From assembly GCA_040776965.1 (NCBI GenBank), contig JAXGZO010000001.1, forward strand, positions 593,419 through 657,418: a stretch of 64,000 nt of DNA. The letters run 5' to 3'. Of the stretch, positions 41,930 to 50,972 are shown piece by piece. The stretch comes from Thermoleophilia bacterium (lineage in GTDB: Bacteria; Actinomycetota; Thermoleophilia; UBA2241). Within the stretch, counting starts at the first letter, position 1; every line of letters starts with the position of its first letter. The notes under the pieces were generated by a model. That model was not told the DNA's origin. It was given only the letters and a program-made list of their open reading frames with translations, and made no database searches. Position numbers and translations under genes: made by a program.

Positions 41930-43024
41930 CTACCGCCGCGTGCGACCGCCCGCTCCGTCGCCCACACTGCGCCCCTGCGAGGCGAGCAGCGCGAGGAGGC
42001 TCTCGTTGATGGCGTCGGCGGTCTCGTGGGCGGCGGCCTTCTGCGGGTAGATTTCGTACTTCGCTCGCTCCGGTGCGGGGGTGAGGTTGGGCATGATCAC
42101 GTTGGCGCCGCGAAGGAGGCCGTGAGTCCTGCCCGTACTCCGCTTAAGCAGCGAGAGCGCCGTGGTGGCCGGGAGGTTCGCGTCGGGGCGCACGAGGCGG
42201 GTGAGCGCGATGACCTTGCAGGTCGCGAGCTCGGTGTTAGGCGCCTGGTCGGCGGGCCAGTCGTCGCTCGCGGTGCGGCGTGCGAACTCGTGGCCGAGCG
42301 GCGTATCGGGGTGGGGGAGGTAGGGGCCGATGCCGATCATGTCCATGTCGGTGCTGCGGAAGAGCTCGATGTCGTCGGCGATGGAGGCGTAGGTTTGGCC
42401 GGGGAGGCCGACCATGATGCCGGTCCCCGTCTCGTAGCCGAGCTCCTGAAGGCGGGCGAGGATCGCGAGGCGGTCGCTCACGCGCCCCGGGAGGTCGGGG
42501 TGGATGCGGCGGTAGAGCTGCTCGTCGGAGGTCTCGAAACGCAGGAGGTAGCGGTCGGCGCCGGCCTCACGCCAGAGTGAGAGGTCGGCGTCTGAGCGCT
42601 CGCCAAGGCTGAGGGTGACGGCGAGCTCCGTCTCCTGGCGGAGGCGCCGCACGACGCGGGCGACCCAGTCGGCGGCGAGGCCGTAGTCCTCGCCGGCTTG
42701 GAGCACTACGGTGCCGTACTTGTACGCGCGTGCGCGGTGCGCGCACGCGAGGATGTCGTCGGCGGACATGCGGTAGCGCTCGACCGCGCGGTTGCCCGCC
42801 CGGATGCCGCAGTACGCGCAGCGCCGCACGCAGTGGTTTGAGATCTCGATGAGCCCGCGGAGGTGCACCGCGTCGCCCACGGTGCGGCGGCGTGTGTCGT
42901 CGGCCGCCCGCCAGAGCTGCTCAAGGCGGGTTTCGTCGCGCTCGCGGAGCCAGCGCTCGATCTCCTCGTGGGTGAGGGCGTCGCCGACGCCGATGGCCGG
43001 GCTCGCCTGCGGTCGCCCGGTCAT
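41930..43024 (-). CDS. hydE: [FeFe]-hydrogenase maturase HydE (radical SAM)
   Basis: CVRRCAYCG radical-SAM cluster in a biotin-synthase-like fold. ATG at 43024 overlaps the hydF stop (ATGA). Confidence 0.9.
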   Translation of the reverse strand: MTGRPQASPAIGVGDALTHEEIERWLRERDETRLEQLWRAADDTRRRTVGDAVHLRGLIEISNHCVRRCAYCGIRAGNRAVERYRMSADDILACAHRARAYKYGTVVLQAGEDYGLAADWVARVVRRLRQETELAVTLSLGERSDADLSLWREAGADRYLLRFETSDEQLYRRIHPDLPGRVSDRLAILARLQELGYETGTGIMVGLPGQTYASIADDIELFRSTDMDMIGIGPYLPHPDTPLGHEFARRTASDDWPADQAPNTELATCKVIALTRLVRPDANLPATTALSLLKRSTGRTHGLLRGANVIMPNLTPAPERAKYEIYPQKAAAHETADAINESLLALLASQGRSVGDGAGGRTRR

Positions 43025-44322
43025 CAGCACGGATCGCTTGCCGGCGCGTCGCCTGCGGTCGCCGCCGGCGAGCGGCCGGAGCGCCCCTCGCCCGCCGCGT
43101 GCATCGCCGCGAGGGCCGCCGGGAAGGGCTCGAGCGCTCGCTCGAGGATGCCGAGGCTGAAGGCGATCACGAGGCCGTAGTTGGTGAGGGGTACGCCGGC
43201 TTGTTTGCAGCGCAACACCCTGCGGAGCATCGCCTTGCGGTTAAAGGTGCAGCCGCCGCAGTGCACGATGAGGTCCCACTGTGAGGGGTCCTCGGGGAAG
43301 TCGTGGCCCTGCACGTGCTCTATTTCGAGCTCGCCGCCGACGTACTGCGCGAGCCACCGCGGGATCTTGACGCGTCCGATGTCCTCGGCGATGGGGTGGT
43401 GGCTGCAAGCCTCGGCGATGAGCACGCGGGAGCCCGGCTTGAGGTTGTCGATCGCGAGCGCGCCCTCCACCTGGCTCGTGAGGTCTCCCTTAAAGCGGCT
43501 GAAGAGGATGCTGAAGCTGGTGAGGGGGACCCCCGCCGGGGTGGCGGCCGCGACCTCCTCGAAGGCCTGCGAGTCGGTGATGACCAGCTTGGGCGGGCCC
43601 GTGAGCTGCGCCAGCGCGTAGTGCAGGTCGCGGTCCTTAACCATGAGCGCCAGGGCGTCGTTGTCGATGAGGTCGCGGATCGACTGCACCTGGGGGAGGA
43701 TCAGCCGGCCGCGCGGTGCCTCTTTGTCGATGGGCACCACGAGGACGGCGAGGTCGCCGGGGGCCACGAGGTCGCCGAGGATCGTGGGGTTGTCGATAAA
43801 GTCCGCGGGGGTGCTGTCGAGTAGCGCTTGGCGGAACTCGAGCACCCCTTTGCCCTCGGCGGCGACGGTGGAGACGGGCGTGAGCCCGAGCTCTTGCAGG
43901 CGGGGTATCGGCGGCGGCTGCGTTACCACGTCCGCCTTGTTGGCCACGACGACCGCGGGGATACCGCGCTCCTGGAACTCGTCGAGGATGCCGTCTTCGT
44001 ACGCCCCCCAGGTGCCCGCCTCGGTGACGAGGACGCCGAGATCCGTGCGGTCGAAGACCTGCAGGGTGCGCCGCGCGCGGAGCTCTCCGAGCGCGCCGAC
44101 ATCGTCGATGCCGGCGGTGTCGATAAAGAGCACCGGGCCGAGGGGGAGCAGCTCCATCGGCTTCTCCACCGGGTCGGTGGTGGTGCCGGCGAAGTCGGAG
44201 ACGATGGAGACCTGTTGGCGTGTGATGGCGTTAAGCAGGCTGCTTTTGCCCACGTTGCGACGGCCGAAGAGGCCGATGTGAAGCCGCATCCCCCGCGGCG
44301 TATCCATGAGGCCCGGTTGCAT
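43024..44322 (-). CDS. hydF: [FeFe]-hydrogenase maturation GTPase HydF (alternative starts at 44307 or 44289)
   Basis: G1 GRRNVGKSS, the G3/G4 motifs, and the C-terminal CxH...HCGGC cluster-binding motif. Confidence 0.9.
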   Translation of the reverse strand: MQPGLMDTPRGMRLHIGLFGRRNVGKSSLLNAITRQQVSIVSDFAGTTTDPVEKPMELLPLGPVLFIDTAGIDDVGALGELRARRTLQVFDRTDLGVLVTEAGTWGAYEDGILDEFQERGIPAVVVANKADVVTQPPPIPRLQELGLTPVSTVAAEGKGVLEFRQALLDSTPADFIDNPTILGDLVAPGDLAVLVVPIDKEAPRGRLILPQVQSIRDLIDNDALALMVKDRDLHYALAQLTGPPKLVITDSQAFEEVAAATPAGVPLTSFSILFSRFKGDLTSQVEGALAIDNLKPGSRVLIAEACSHHPIAEDIGRVKIPRWLAQYVGGELEIEHVQGHDFPEDPSQWDLIVHCGGCTFNRKAMLRRVLRCKQAGVPLTNYGLVIAFSLGILERALEPFPAALAAMHAAGEGRSGRSPAATAGDAPASDPC

Positions 44323-44335
44323 GGCTCTCCCGGGG

Positions 44336-44596
44336 TCAGCGGTTGAAGAGCATGGTCTGCGTCTGCACGCCGTCCAGAGCGTCGAGCTTGGCGGTGATCG
44401 CGGTGGCCGTCTCCTCGCCGCCGAGCAGCTCGAGGATGATCAGGCCGCTCGGCGAGCAGGACTGCTCGTCGGTCTCGTGGAGCCCAATGCGCGTTTTAAT
44501 GCTGCAGCCGTACTCGGTGAGCACGCGCTGGACCTCCGCGGCGCCGGCGGAGCGGTTGGCTACGTAGATGCCGAGGATCACAGAGGTGTTGTTCAC
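44336..44596 (-). CDS. Putative iron-only hydrogenase system regulator (TM1266-like small ACT-like protein)
   Basis: 86-aa protein between hydG and hydF with GAGAGGA RBS and GTG start. Position and size match the TM1266 family, which is conserved in hydEFG clusters. Confidence 0.65.
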   Translation of the reverse strand: MNNTSVILGIYVANRSAGAAEVQRVLTEYGCSIKTRIGLHETDEQSCSPSGLIILELLGGEETATAITAKLDALDGVQTQTMLFNR

Positions 44597-44617
44597 GGTC
44601 GTTCCTCTCGTGGGTGA

Positions 44618-46021
44618 TTAGCAGAGCACGTCGCGTTGTCCGGAGCGGACGCGGTCGACCATCTTCTGGGTGTGGGCGGCGCGCACGGAGTCCATCTCGC
44701 CGATCTTGTGCGCGATAAGGCGTTCGCCGACCTCGCGCGTCTCGGGATCGCCGTAGTCGAGTAGGTACTCGAGGAAGGTGCTGATGGCGTTGGGGTCGCA
44801 GTGGTGCTTAATGTCGCCCGGCTTGGCGAGATCCATAAAGTCCATGCCGGTGCGGCCGAGCCGGTAGCACGCCGTGCAGAAGGAGGGGACGTAGCCGAGC
44901 TCCGCGATGTCGTGGATGACCTCGTTGAGCGAGCGGTGGTCGCCCAGTTGGAACTGGGCGGCGTCGAACCGCTCGTCCTCCTCGTACCCGCCGGGGTTGG
45001 TGCGGCTGCCGGCGGAGATCTGGCTGACGCCGAGGGCGAAGGTCTCCCGGCGGATGTTCGCCGTCTCGCGGGTGCTCATGATGAGGCCCGTGTAGGGCAC
45101 GGCGAGCCGGAGGATCGCGACGATCTTGCGGAAGTCGACGTCGCTCACCGGCTGCGGCGGTTCGCTCGCCATCTCCGAGCCGGAGGCCGGCTCGAGGCGC
45201 GGCACGCTGATCGTGTGTGGGCCCACGCCGTAGGCGCGCTCGAGCTCGCGGATGTGCTGCATCATGGCGAGGATCTCGAAGCGCCAGTCGAAGAGGCCGA
45301 AGAGGACGCCGATGCCGACGTCGTCGATGCCCGCCTCCATGGCGCGGTGCATACCGGTGACGCGCCAGTCGTAGTTGCGCTTCTTGCCGCCGAGGTGGAC
45401 GTTGCCGTAGGTGCCGCGGTGGTACGTCTCCTGGAAGAGCTGGAAGGTGCCGATGCCGGTGGCCTTGAGCTCTTTGAAGTCCGCCACCGAGAGCGGCGCG
45501 ATGTTGACGTTAACGCGGCGGATCTCGCCGTTGTCGCGCTTTACATCGTAAATGGTCTCGATGGCGTCGAGGACGTACTGGAACCCCTGCTTGGGGTAGG
45601 ACTCCCCGGCGACGAGCAGCACGCGCTTGTGGCCTTCGTCCACGAGCACCTCGATCTCGCTGCGGATCTCCTCCTGCGTGAGCGCGCGCCGCTGGAGCTC
45701 CTTGTTGCGCGCGCGGAAGGCGCAGTAGAGGCAGTCGTTAGAGCAGAGGTTGCTGATGTAGAGCGGGGCGAAGAGCACGAGTCGCGCCCCGTAGATCGCG
45801 TCTTTGACGTCGCGGGCGGCGGCGAAGAGCTCGGCGAGGAGCTCCGGGTCGCTGATGGAGGTGAGGATGGCGACCTCGTCCATCTCCAGGCCGCCCAGCT
45901 CGCGTGCCTTCGCGAGGATCTCGCGCACGAGCCCCGCATCTTTCTTAGTCGCCGCCTCGAGGGCTTCGGCGACGCGGCTTTCGTCGATGAATGAACCGGA
46001 TTCGGCGGGTTCGGTCTCCAT
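44618..46021 (-). CDS. hydG: [FeFe]-hydrogenase maturase HydG (radical SAM tyrosine lyase)
   Basis: N-terminal CSNDCLYC and C-terminal CTACYRLGRTGMDFMDLAKPGDIKHHCDPN (CX2CX22C). RBS GAAGGAG. Confidence 0.92.
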   Translation of the reverse strand: METEPAESGSFIDESRVAEALEAATKKDAGLVREILAKARELGGLEMDEVAILTSISDPELLAELFAAARDVKDAIYGARLVLFAPLYISNLCSNDCLYCAFRARNKELQRRALTQEEIRSEIEVLVDEGHKRVLLVAGESYPKQGFQYVLDAIETIYDVKRDNGEIRRVNVNIAPLSVADFKELKATGIGTFQLFQETYHRGTYGNVHLGGKKRNYDWRVTGMHRAMEAGIDDVGIGVLFGLFDWRFEILAMMQHIRELERAYGVGPHTISVPRLEPASGSEMASEPPQPVSDVDFRKIVAILRLAVPYTGLIMSTRETANIRRETFALGVSQISAGSRTNPGGYEEDERFDAAQFQLGDHRSLNEVIHDIAELGYVPSFCTACYRLGRTGMDFMDLAKPGDIKHHCDPNAISTFLEYLLDYGDPETREVGERLIAHKIGEMDSVRAAHTQKMVDRVRSGQRDVLC

Positions 46022-46035
46022 ATGACTCCTTCGCT

Positions 46036-46074
46036 GGGAGGAGGCGACCCCGTGTGGAGAGGTCGCCTCCTCCC
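46036..46074 (-). promoter_or_regulatory. Very stable 14-bp perfect stem-loop (GGGAGGAGGCGACC-N11-GGTCGCCTCCTCCC) between hydA and hydG, with a second 7-bp hairpin at 46082-46098
   Basis: Inverted repeats read from the sequence. No U-tract follows in transcript orientation. The hydG RBS lies immediately 3' of it. Confidence 0.45.
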
Positions 46075-46112
46075 TTCAGTGAACAGGCTCCGCCTGTTGT
46101 ACCCCGAGTCGC

Positions 46113-47885
46113 CTAGACGGTCTGCTTCTCGGTGTAGTTGGTGTGGAGCAGTTCGTGTGAGATGTGGCCGCACGGTGCCCCGAGGTACTCCTCGTAGAGC
46201 TTGGCGACGGCCGGGTTTTCGTGTGACTTGCGCAGCTCGCGGCCCTCGTCCTCGCGGAAGATCGCCGCCGTGCGGGCCAGGCGAACCTCGTCGGTCGTGA
46301 AGCGCGGCTGGCCGCCGCCGCCGATGCAGCCACCGGGGCAGGTCATGATCTCGATGAAGTGGTACTCCGCCTCGCCGGCTTTGACCTGCTCGATGACCTT
46401 CTGTGCGTTGACGAGGCCGTGGGCCACGGCGACCTTGAGCTCCGCGCCCTCGAGGAAGGCCCAGTCGCCCTTCGCCCCCTCGATCTTAACCGACGCGGTC
46501 TTGACGCCGTCGAGGCCGGCGATGGGCTCGACGTGGAGGTTGGGGAAGGGGAACGGCACCTGGGTGACGATCTCCCACGCCGTGCGCAGGGCCGCCTCCA
46601 TAACGCCGCCGGAGTTGGCGAAGATGTCGGCGGCGCCGGTGCTGATGCCCAACGGCGCGTCCATCTCCTCGTCGGGGAGGTTGCGGAAGTCGATGCCCGC
46701 CTGCTTGATGAGCGTGCCGAGCTCGCGGGTGGTGAGCACGATGTCCACGTCGCGGGCGCCGCTGTCGTTCATCTCCGGGCGCGCCGCCTCGAACTTCTTG
46801 GCGGTGCAGGGCATGATCGAGACGACCACCATATCTTGCGGCTCCACGCCGATCTTCTTGGCGTAGTACGTCTTGGCGACGGCCCCGAACATCTGCTGCG
46901 GCGACTTGCAGGTGGAGAGGCAGTCGAGCATGTCGGGGTTGAAGTGCTCCATGTAGTTGATCCAGCCGGGGGAGCAGCTGGAGAATTGCGGGAGCGCGAC
47001 CTTCTCGCCGTCGACCAGGGCCTTCTTGAGGCGCAGGAGGAGCTCCGTGCCCTCCTCCATAATGGTGAGGTCGGCCGAGAAGTTGGTGTCGAACACGGCG
47101 TCGAAGCCGAGGCGCCGCAGGGCGGCGGTCATCTTGCCGGTCACGAGCGTGCCCGGCTCGTAGTCGAAGCACTCGCCGAGCGCGGCGCGGATGGCCGGCG
47201 CGGTCTGCACCACGACCGTCTTGGTGGGGTCTTCGAGTGCCGCCCAGACCTGGTCGATCTGGCTGCGCTCCGTGATGGCGCCCACGGGGCAGACGGCCGC
47301 GCACTGGCCGCACTGCACGCAGACCACGTCGCTGAGGTTTTGGGAGAAGGCCGGGCCGATCACGGTGGTGAAGCCGCGGCCCTGCGCGAAGAGCGCGCCG
47401 ACCCCTTGGACCTCGTTGCAGACGGTGACGCAGCGGCGGCAGGCGACGCATTTGCCGGTGTCGCGTACGAGCGCCGGCGTGCTGGCCTCGACCACTTTGC
47501 GGGTCCTCTCGCCCTCGTAGGGGATCTCCTTGACCCCGAGGGTGGCGGCGAGGCTGCGGAGCTCGCAGTCCTCCGAGCGGTCGCACACTTGGCAGTCGCC
47601 GTCGTGCTCCGAGAGGAGGAGCTCGACCACGGTGCGGCGGCCGTTGCGTGCTCTGGCGCTGTTGGTTTTAACGACCATACCGTCGGTGGCGGGCTGGCTG
47701 CACGAGGCGACCAGCGTGCGGGCGCCCTCGACCTCGACGAGACAGACCCGGCACGCGCCGATGCATTGAAGGTCTTCGAGGTAGCAGAGGGTGGGGATGT
47801 GGATCCCCGCTTGGCGAGCGGCCTGGAGCACCGTAGCGCCCTCAGGGACCTCGACCTTGATGTTGTCAATGGTGAGGATTGGCAT
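46113..47885 (-). CDS. hydA: [FeFe]-hydrogenase catalytic subunit HydA (N-terminal 2Fe-2S + His-ligated 4Fe-4S + 2x4Fe-4S ferredoxin domains + H-cluster domain)
   Basis: H-cluster motifs MPCTAKKFE (L2) and EIMTCPGGCIGGGGQP (L3). The L1 motif reads FSSCSPGW instead of the canonical FTSCCPxW. Confidence 0.92.
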   Translation of the reverse strand: MPILTIDNIKVEVPEGATVLQAARQAGIHIPTLCYLEDLQCIGACRVCLVEVEGARTLVASCSQPATDGMVVKTNSARARNGRRTVVELLLSEHDGDCQVCDRSEDCELRSLAATLGVKEIPYEGERTRKVVEASTPALVRDTGKCVACRRCVTVCNEVQGVGALFAQGRGFTTVIGPAFSQNLSDVVCVQCGQCAAVCPVGAITERSQIDQVWAALEDPTKTVVVQTAPAIRAALGECFDYEPGTLVTGKMTAALRRLGFDAVFDTNFSADLTIMEEGTELLLRLKKALVDGEKVALPQFSSCSPGWINYMEHFNPDMLDCLSTCKSPQQMFGAVAKTYYAKKIGVEPQDMVVVSIMPCTAKKFEAARPEMNDSGARDVDIVLTTRELGTLIKQAGIDFRNLPDEEMDAPLGISTGAADIFANSGGVMEAALRTAWEIVTQVPFPFPNLHVEPIAGLDGVKTASVKIEGAKGDWAFLEGAELKVAVAHGLVNAQKVIEQVKAGEAEYHFIEIMTCPGGCIGGGGQPRFTTDEVRLARTAAIFREDEGRELRKSHENPAVAKLYEEYLGAPCGHISHELLHTNYTEKQTV

Positions 47886-47902
47886 CCTTCAGCACTCCTT
47901 GA

Positions 47903-50900
47903 TTACGAGCAATACTTGCCGTAGTCGCAACGCAGGCAGCGTTTCGCCTCGGCCACGGCGACGGGGGCGGCCCAGCAGAGCTCGACCTCGTCGAAGGACG
48001 AGACGCGCTGCTCGCGGGGCAGCTCCTCGACCGCCGCGCGGTTGTACTCGACCGGGTCGGCGTCGGGGTCGTAGGAGGTTTGCACCTCGGTCTCACGGCG
48101 CCAGAAGGCGTGATTGGCGCCGGTGAGGTATTCGTCGATCGAGGCGGCCGCTCGTTCGCCGGCCCCGATGGCCTCGACGACCGAGGAGGGGCCGGTGGCC
48201 GCATCGCCGCCGGCGAAGAGCCAGTCCGCGGAGGTACGGCCCGTCTGGCGGTCGGTGACGAAGTAGCCGCGGCGGTCGAGCTCGACATCGCAGTCGCCCG
48301 TGAGCGGATCTGCGTCGAGCCACTGGCCGATTGCCGCGATGACGGTGTCGGCCTCCACCACGAACGAGGGGTTCGCGCTGGCGACCGGGCGGCGACGGCC
48401 GCTCTTGTCGTAGTCGCCGAGGGTCATCTCGTTGCAGCGAACGCCGATGACGTTGCCGTCGGCGTCGCGGAGGATCTCCTCCGGCGCCGTGAGCGTGAGC
48501 ACCTGGATGCCCTCGAGGTCGGCGGCGTCGACCTCCTCCGCCCACGCCGGCATCTCCACCCGCGTGCGGCGGTAGAGGATGCGTACCTCCTCGGCACCGA
48601 GACGCAGGGCGGTACGGGCGGCGTCGATAGCCGCGTTGCCGCCGCCGATAACCGCGACCTTTTTGCCCATCGGAGCGGAGCCCGTGAGGTTGTACTGCTT
48701 GAGGAAGGAGAGCCCGTCGTACACGCCGGGGCCGTCCTCGCCGGGGACGCCGATCGTGCTGCCCTGCGGGGCGCCGACCGCGAGGAAGACGGCCTCGTAG
48801 CCGTCGGCCTTGAGGCTCTCGAGCGAGAAGTCGCGCCCGAGCGCCTTGCCGAGCTCGATCGTGGTGCCCATGCGCTCGATCATCTCGATCTCGCGCTCAA
48901 GCTCGTTGCGGGGCAGGCGGTACGCCGGGATGGCTTGAACGAGCATGCCGCCGGCTTTGTCCTCCGCCTCGAAGATCGTCGGCTTATAGCCGAGTCGGGC
49001 GAGGAAGAAGGCGCAGCTCAGGCCGGCGGGGCCGCCGCCGATAATGGCAACCTTACGGGCGGCGTTCGCCTCGTTCTCGATGACGTCGGGGAGAAGCGCC
49101 TCTTGCTCCTGCTCCACCATGAAGCGCTTGACGTGGCGAATGGCGACGGCCGAGTCGATCCCGGCGCGTTGACACTTGCTCTCGCAGGGGTGGAAGCACA
49201 CGCGGGCGCAGATGCTGGCCAACGGGTTGCGGTTGCGGTGGACCCTGAGGGCCTCGTCGTACCGCTCCTCGCCGACCAGCGAGACGAAGGCCGGGATGTT
49301 GACGCTCGCCGGACAGGCGTTGTTGCAGCGGGCCAAGAACATGGAGGCGCAGACGCCGGCCTCGCAGTACTTGTCGCGGATGTGGGCCTCGTACTCGTGG
49401 CGGAAGTGGCGGATCGTCGAGAGGACCGGGTTCGGGGCGGTTTGACCGAGGCCGCAGAGGGCGGTCTCTTGAATGGCCTCGCCGAGCGCGATGAGGCGCT
49501 CTATGTCGCCCTCCTCGCCCTTGCCGTTGGTGATGCGCTCGATGATCTCGAGCATCCGCTTGGTGCCGACACGGCAGGGCGGGCACTTGCCGCAGCTCTC
49601 CTCCTGGGTGAACTCCAGGAAGAAGCGGGCGATGTCGACCATGCAGGTGTCTTCGTCCATGACGATGATGCCCCCGGAGCCCATAATGGCGCCGAGCTCC
49701 TGCAGGGTTGCGTAGTCGACGGGTACGTTGAGGTGCTCCCTCGGGATGCACCCGCCAGAGGGGCCACCGAGCTGGGCGGCTTTGTAGCTCTTGCCGTCTG
49801 GAATGCCGCCGCCGACCTCGTAGATGAGCTCGCCGAGCTGCATGCCGATCGGGACCTCCACGAGGCCCGTGTGCTGCACGTTGCCGCCGAGCGCGAAGAC
49901 CTTCGTGCCCTTACTCTTCTCGGTGCCGGTGCTCGCGTACCACTCGGCGCCCTTGAGGATGATGGGCGCGATGTTGGCGAACGTCTCGACGTTATTGAGT
50001 ACGCTGGGCTTGCCCCAGAGGCCCGAGACGGCCGGGAACGGCGGGCGCGGGCGGGGCTCGCCGCGATGGCCCTCAATAGAGGTCATCAGCGCGGTCTCCT
50101 CGCCGCAGACGAAGGCGCCGGAGCCCATGCGGATCTCGAGGTCGAAGCTAAAGCCGCTGCCCATGATGTCGTCGCCGAGCAGGCCGTACTCGCGCGCCTG
50201 CCCGAGGGCGTGCTCGAGGCGCTCAACGGCGAGCGGGTACTCGGCGCGCACGTACACGTAGCCCTGATGAGCGCCGATCGCGTAGGCGCCGATCGTCATG
50301 CCCTCGATCAGCGAGTGCGGGTCGCCCTCGAGAACCGAGCGGTCCATGAAGGCGCCAGGGTCGCCTTCATCGGCGTTGCAGAGGATGTACTTAACCTCGC
50401 TGTCCTGCTGCTGGGTGAACTTCCACTTGAGGCCGGCGGGGAATCCGGCGCCGCCGCGGCCGCGCAGGCCGCTCGCGAGGACCTCCTCAACCACGTCGGT
50501 GGGGGACATCTCGGTGAGCGCCTTGGCGAGCGCCTGGTAGCCCTCCCGGGCGATGTACTCGTCGATGTTCAGCGGGTTAATGACGCCGGAGTTGCGGAGC
50601 ACGATCTTGACCTGGCGGTTGAAGAACGGGATGTCGTCCATCTCGGCCTGGGTCTTCTCGGTGCCCGGCGCGTGGCTCACGAGGCGCTCGACGATCCGGC
50701 CCTTGAGGAGGTGCTCCTCGACGATCTCCGGCACATCGTCCACGCTGATAGTTTGGTAAAAAACGCCATCGGGGTAGATAAGGGCGACCGGACCCTGGAC
50801 GCACGGACCAAGGCAGCCGGTCTCGATAACTTCGATTTCGTCGGAGAGGCCGCGCTTCGCGAGCTCGGCGCGGACGGCCTTGCTCAGCTCCAGCGCGCCG

Positions 50901-50956
50901 GAGGCGATGCAACCGCCGCCGGTGCAGATCAAAAAGTGACTTCTCACATCAGCCAT
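47903..50956 (-). CDS. hydB: HydB (NuoF-like flavoprotein subunit) fused to a C-terminal GltD/NfnB-like NAD(P)H:FAD oxidoreductase module (1017 aa)
   Basis: N-terminal thioredoxin-like 2Fe-2S, then the NuoF core (GLRGRGGAGFP, CGKCPPCRVGT), then 2x[4Fe-4S], then two Rossmann motifs (VAIIGGGPAGLSCA; VAVIGGGNAAIDAA). Confidence 0.9.
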   Translation of the reverse strand: MADVRSHFLICTGGGCIASGALELSKAVRAELAKRGLSDEIEVIETGCLGPCVQGPVALIYPDGVFYQTISVDDVPEIVEEHLLKGRIVERLVSHAPGTEKTQAEMDDIPFFNRQVKIVLRNSGVINPLNIDEYIAREGYQALAKALTEMSPTDVVEEVLASGLRGRGGAGFPAGLKWKFTQQQDSEVKYILCNADEGDPGAFMDRSVLEGDPHSLIEGMTIGAYAIGAHQGYVYVRAEYPLAVERLEHALGQAREYGLLGDDIMGSGFSFDLEIRMGSGAFVCGEETALMTSIEGHRGEPRPRPPFPAVSGLWGKPSVLNNVETFANIAPIILKGAEWYASTGTEKSKGTKVFALGGNVQHTGLVEVPIGMQLGELIYEVGGGIPDGKSYKAAQLGGPSGGCIPREHLNVPVDYATLQELGAIMGSGGIIVMDEDTCMVDIARFFLEFTQEESCGKCPPCRVGTKRMLEIIERITNGKGEEGDIERLIALGEAIQETALCGLGQTAPNPVLSTIRHFRHEYEAHIRDKYCEAGVCASMFLARCNNACPASVNIPAFVSLVGEERYDEALRVHRNRNPLASICARVCFHPCESKCQRAGIDSAVAIRHVKRFMVEQEQEALLPDVIENEANAARKVAIIGGGPAGLSCAFFLARLGYKPTIFEAEDKAGGMLVQAIPAYRLPRNELEREIEMIERMGTTIELGKALGRDFSLESLKADGYEAVFLAVGAPQGSTIGVPGEDGPGVYDGLSFLKQYNLTGSAPMGKKVAVIGGGNAAIDAARTALRLGAEEVRILYRRTRVEMPAWAEEVDAADLEGIQVLTLTAPEEILRDADGNVIGVRCNEMTLGDYDKSGRRRPVASANPSFVVEADTVIAAIGQWLDADPLTGDCDVELDRRGYFVTDRQTGRTSADWLFAGGDAATGPSSVVEAIGAGERAAASIDEYLTGANHAFWRRETEVQTSYDPDADPVEYNRAAVEELPREQRVSSFDEVELCWAAPVAVAEAKRCLRCDYGKYCS

Positions 50957-50972
50957 GTCGCTTCACCTATTC

